NCBI RefSeq assembly: GCF_000372725.1
Contig: NW_005201287.1
Span: 202,986 to 266,985, forward strand
Direction of reading: 5' to 3'
From: Emiliania huxleyi CCMP1516
Taxonomy: Eukaryota
DNA length: 64,000 nt
Shown: piece after piece, positions 61,901 through 64,000 of the stretch
How positions within the stretch are numbered: position 1 is the stretch's first letter
How the letters are laid out: the number at the start of each line of letters is the position of its first letter
Notes under the pieces: generated by a model
What the model was told of the DNA's origin: nothing
The model's input: only the letters and a program-made list of their open reading frames with translations
Databases searched by the model: none
Translations under genes and position numbers: made by a program

Positions 61901-63886
61901 GCCGCCAGAGGTGCGACCGCTCCACCTTCCACTCGCGCTGCTGGTGCCGCGCCGAGGTGATGTCGCATTGGGCTCGCCGCGGCGCAGCGAACATGTACTA
62001 CGCCGATGAGGAGGGGCTGCAGCCGATGGCGCCCAAGGGGGTGGCCTCGGTGGCCGAGGAGGAGGACTTCCTCTCGTCTATCCACGTGTTCGAGGGAGAG
62101 CTCTCCTGCTGCGCGCTCGGCCACCCGGGCGGACGGCCGTGCGACCGCGAGCTGCTCGTCTTGCCCATCCTTGGGCTGTACGGCCAGATCTACGAGCAGG
62201 TGCGTTGCGGGCACCCACCTCGGCCAGTCTCGCCGGATCTCGCCTAATCTCGGCGAATCTCGGGCAGGTGGTGCACTGCGGGGACCCGGCCGCCGCGAAG
62301 GCGAGGGCGGAGGAGCAGCCGGAGGGCGAGTTGTCGCTGGCGACCGTCTCTCACTCAACGGACTCGACCATCGGGGGAGGAGGCGGCGGCGGAGGAGGAG
62401 CAGGAGGAGGAGGCGAGGCGGGCGGTGACCCGTACCCGATCTCGGAGCAATCTCGCTGCCCTCCGATGCGGTCCGAGATGCGGTCCGAGGCGAGGGGCGG
62501 CGGCCGGCACGCGAGGGCGTGCGACCAGTGCGACGAGGCCAACTCGCCGCACAAGGCGCTGCGCTTCAGCGGGGCCGAGACGGCGGGCGACCCTACGAGC
62601 GACGAGAGCCGCCGTCGCTCCTGCGCTTCTGACGACGTGGCGCGACGAGCCGTGCCCCCTTCGGCTCCGCACAGCCCTCCCGTTTCTGGACGCGCGGCCC
62701 TTCGCTTCTTAGGCGCGGGCAAGCGTGACTACACTCCTACGCACTCGACACTACAGCCAAGCAAGCCTTGGCGTAGGCGCACGCTCGCGTCATCTTCGAC
62801 ACGGTCCGCCCGCGCGTCAAGGCAAGCTGGCCTATGGCCACCGCTCCTCCTCCTCCTCCCTTGTGTGTCTCACACGGCACCGCTCTCCCTTGCGGCACAG
62901 GCAATCTTCCCGCGAACCTACGTCCACGTCTCCGCCGCCGGCAAGGAGGAGAGACCACTTTTCGGCGACCTCATCTCGGCCATCGAGTCCGAGATCGACG
63001 CGCGGGGCGGTGGTGGCGGCCGGCTGAGGCCAACCTTTGGCAGGTACCAGCCCGGTGCGAAGTACGCTGAGCCGCTCGACGCCGCCGCCACGCCGGGCGG
63101 TCGGCCACGCATGCACCGCCCCCCTTCGTCGATCGCGAGCAGCGTGACTTCGCCCTACAGCCGCCGCCGCTCCGCCTCGACGGGGCACGCTGTCGCCTTT
63201 GGCCTTGGCGAAGCGCGCGCCTCGCGCGGCGCACTCGCCGTTCTGCCCTCTGCTCCTCCCACCTGCAGCAGCCTTCTCGGAGCCGGGAGCCCCTCCTGTG
63301 TAGGCTCGCGCACCTCTGGCGACTCGACGGCCATGCACAAGTCATTGATTCGTTCGTAGCTCCTGTTCATAGGCTCGCGACACTCCGGCGACTCGTCGCC
63401 CAACCGGCGCTCCTTCCGCTCCTCGCTCTCGCGGCACGGCAGCGAGATCAGCGGCTCGGTCAGCTCTGGCGCTGTGCGGTTCCGCGAGTCGGCGCGGCAG
63501 GCGCTCGCGCTGAGTCGAGCGGGGGTGCTCTCGGGCGGCGGAGCGAGGCGGCAGGTGCCGCGCCGCTCGTAGCTCGGCTCATCTCGGCTCATCTCGGGCT
63601 ATCTCGGGCTATCTTGGCAGGTGCCGCCGCGCCACTCGACGGCAAGCTCGACGCCGTCCAGCGGGGGCGGCGCGAGGCGGGGCGCACCTTCGCAGGCGCA
63701 GATGAGTCGAGATGAGTTCCGAGGTGAGCCGAGGTGAGCCGAGGTGATGCCCCGCCACAGGCGTGGAGCTCCTCGCCCGCCGCGTCTCCCGCGAGGCCGA
63801 GGCGGCTCGGCTCGTTCACGGAGGACGAGGACGAGGGCGGCGGCGAGGAGGAGGGCGCTGTCGCCGCGCCGTCGCAGCTCGTGTGA
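58928..63886 (+). CDS. Single-pass receptor: signal peptide, type 2 periplasmic-binding-protein-like ectodomain, TM, cytoplasmic HET/TIR-like domain and disordered tail; about 11 introns
   Basis: YDGYVV..PW, LENLSP, ALPLDVD...REDVF, PPETLEEL (SBP); TM ILVATLCTVAGLLVLVLLVLG; FFSHQW, VWVDWVSIPQ, FHSRCWCRAE (HET). Introns 63304-63372, 63555-63620 and a further one at ~63696-63760 extend the frame to TGA at 63884-63886. Confidence 0.8.
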
Positions 63887-64000
63887 GCTCCTCTTGAGTG
63901 CATGCTGGCGCCGCAAGAGCAGCGCGGGATTGGTCGTTTCGCCTCGGAGACAGACCTTGGCGCCGGGCTGTAGTAGTCCGCCCACCCCCTTTCACCCCTC

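Noticed and set aside
63155..63985. Separate minus-strand gene at the window end
   Set aside because: Plus-strand splice sites with exon echoes keep the receptor frame open to 63886.

Overview
GC-rich eukaryotic scaffold with two N gaps (15615-16395 and 38645-38744). Short GC-AG/GT-AG introns filled with 10-11-bp tandem repeats, together with bipartite signal+transit peptides, suggest a haptophyte such as Emiliania/Gephyrocapsa huxleyi (inference). About 14 genes are supported: DUF3405-like protein, plastid ClpP, F-box-like/kelch protein, SLC35F6-like transporter, ankyrin protein, zinc-ribbon+RRM protein, a ~1600-aa secreted VWA+F-type-lectin protein, NKWYS-type sulfotransferase-like protein, RlmI/K-like methyltransferase, 72-aa-repeat protein, cytidylyltransferase, a solute-binding-protein/TM/HET(TIR-like) receptor, and two hypotheticals. 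These sit among pseudogene fragments (BiP, glycosyltransferase, kelch N-termini) and many mobile-element relics: a >=6 kb palindrome, a hAT-like pack element with an 8-bp TSD, and nested non-LTR insertions with 11-13-bp TSDs. Most striking signals: (1) most introns begin with a near-copy of the first 10-30 nt of the downstream exon ('exon-echo' introns); (2) a single-pass receptor couples an extracellular sugar-binding-protein fold to a cytoplasmic HET/TIR-like domain. All gene models and alignments were read by eye, without tools.
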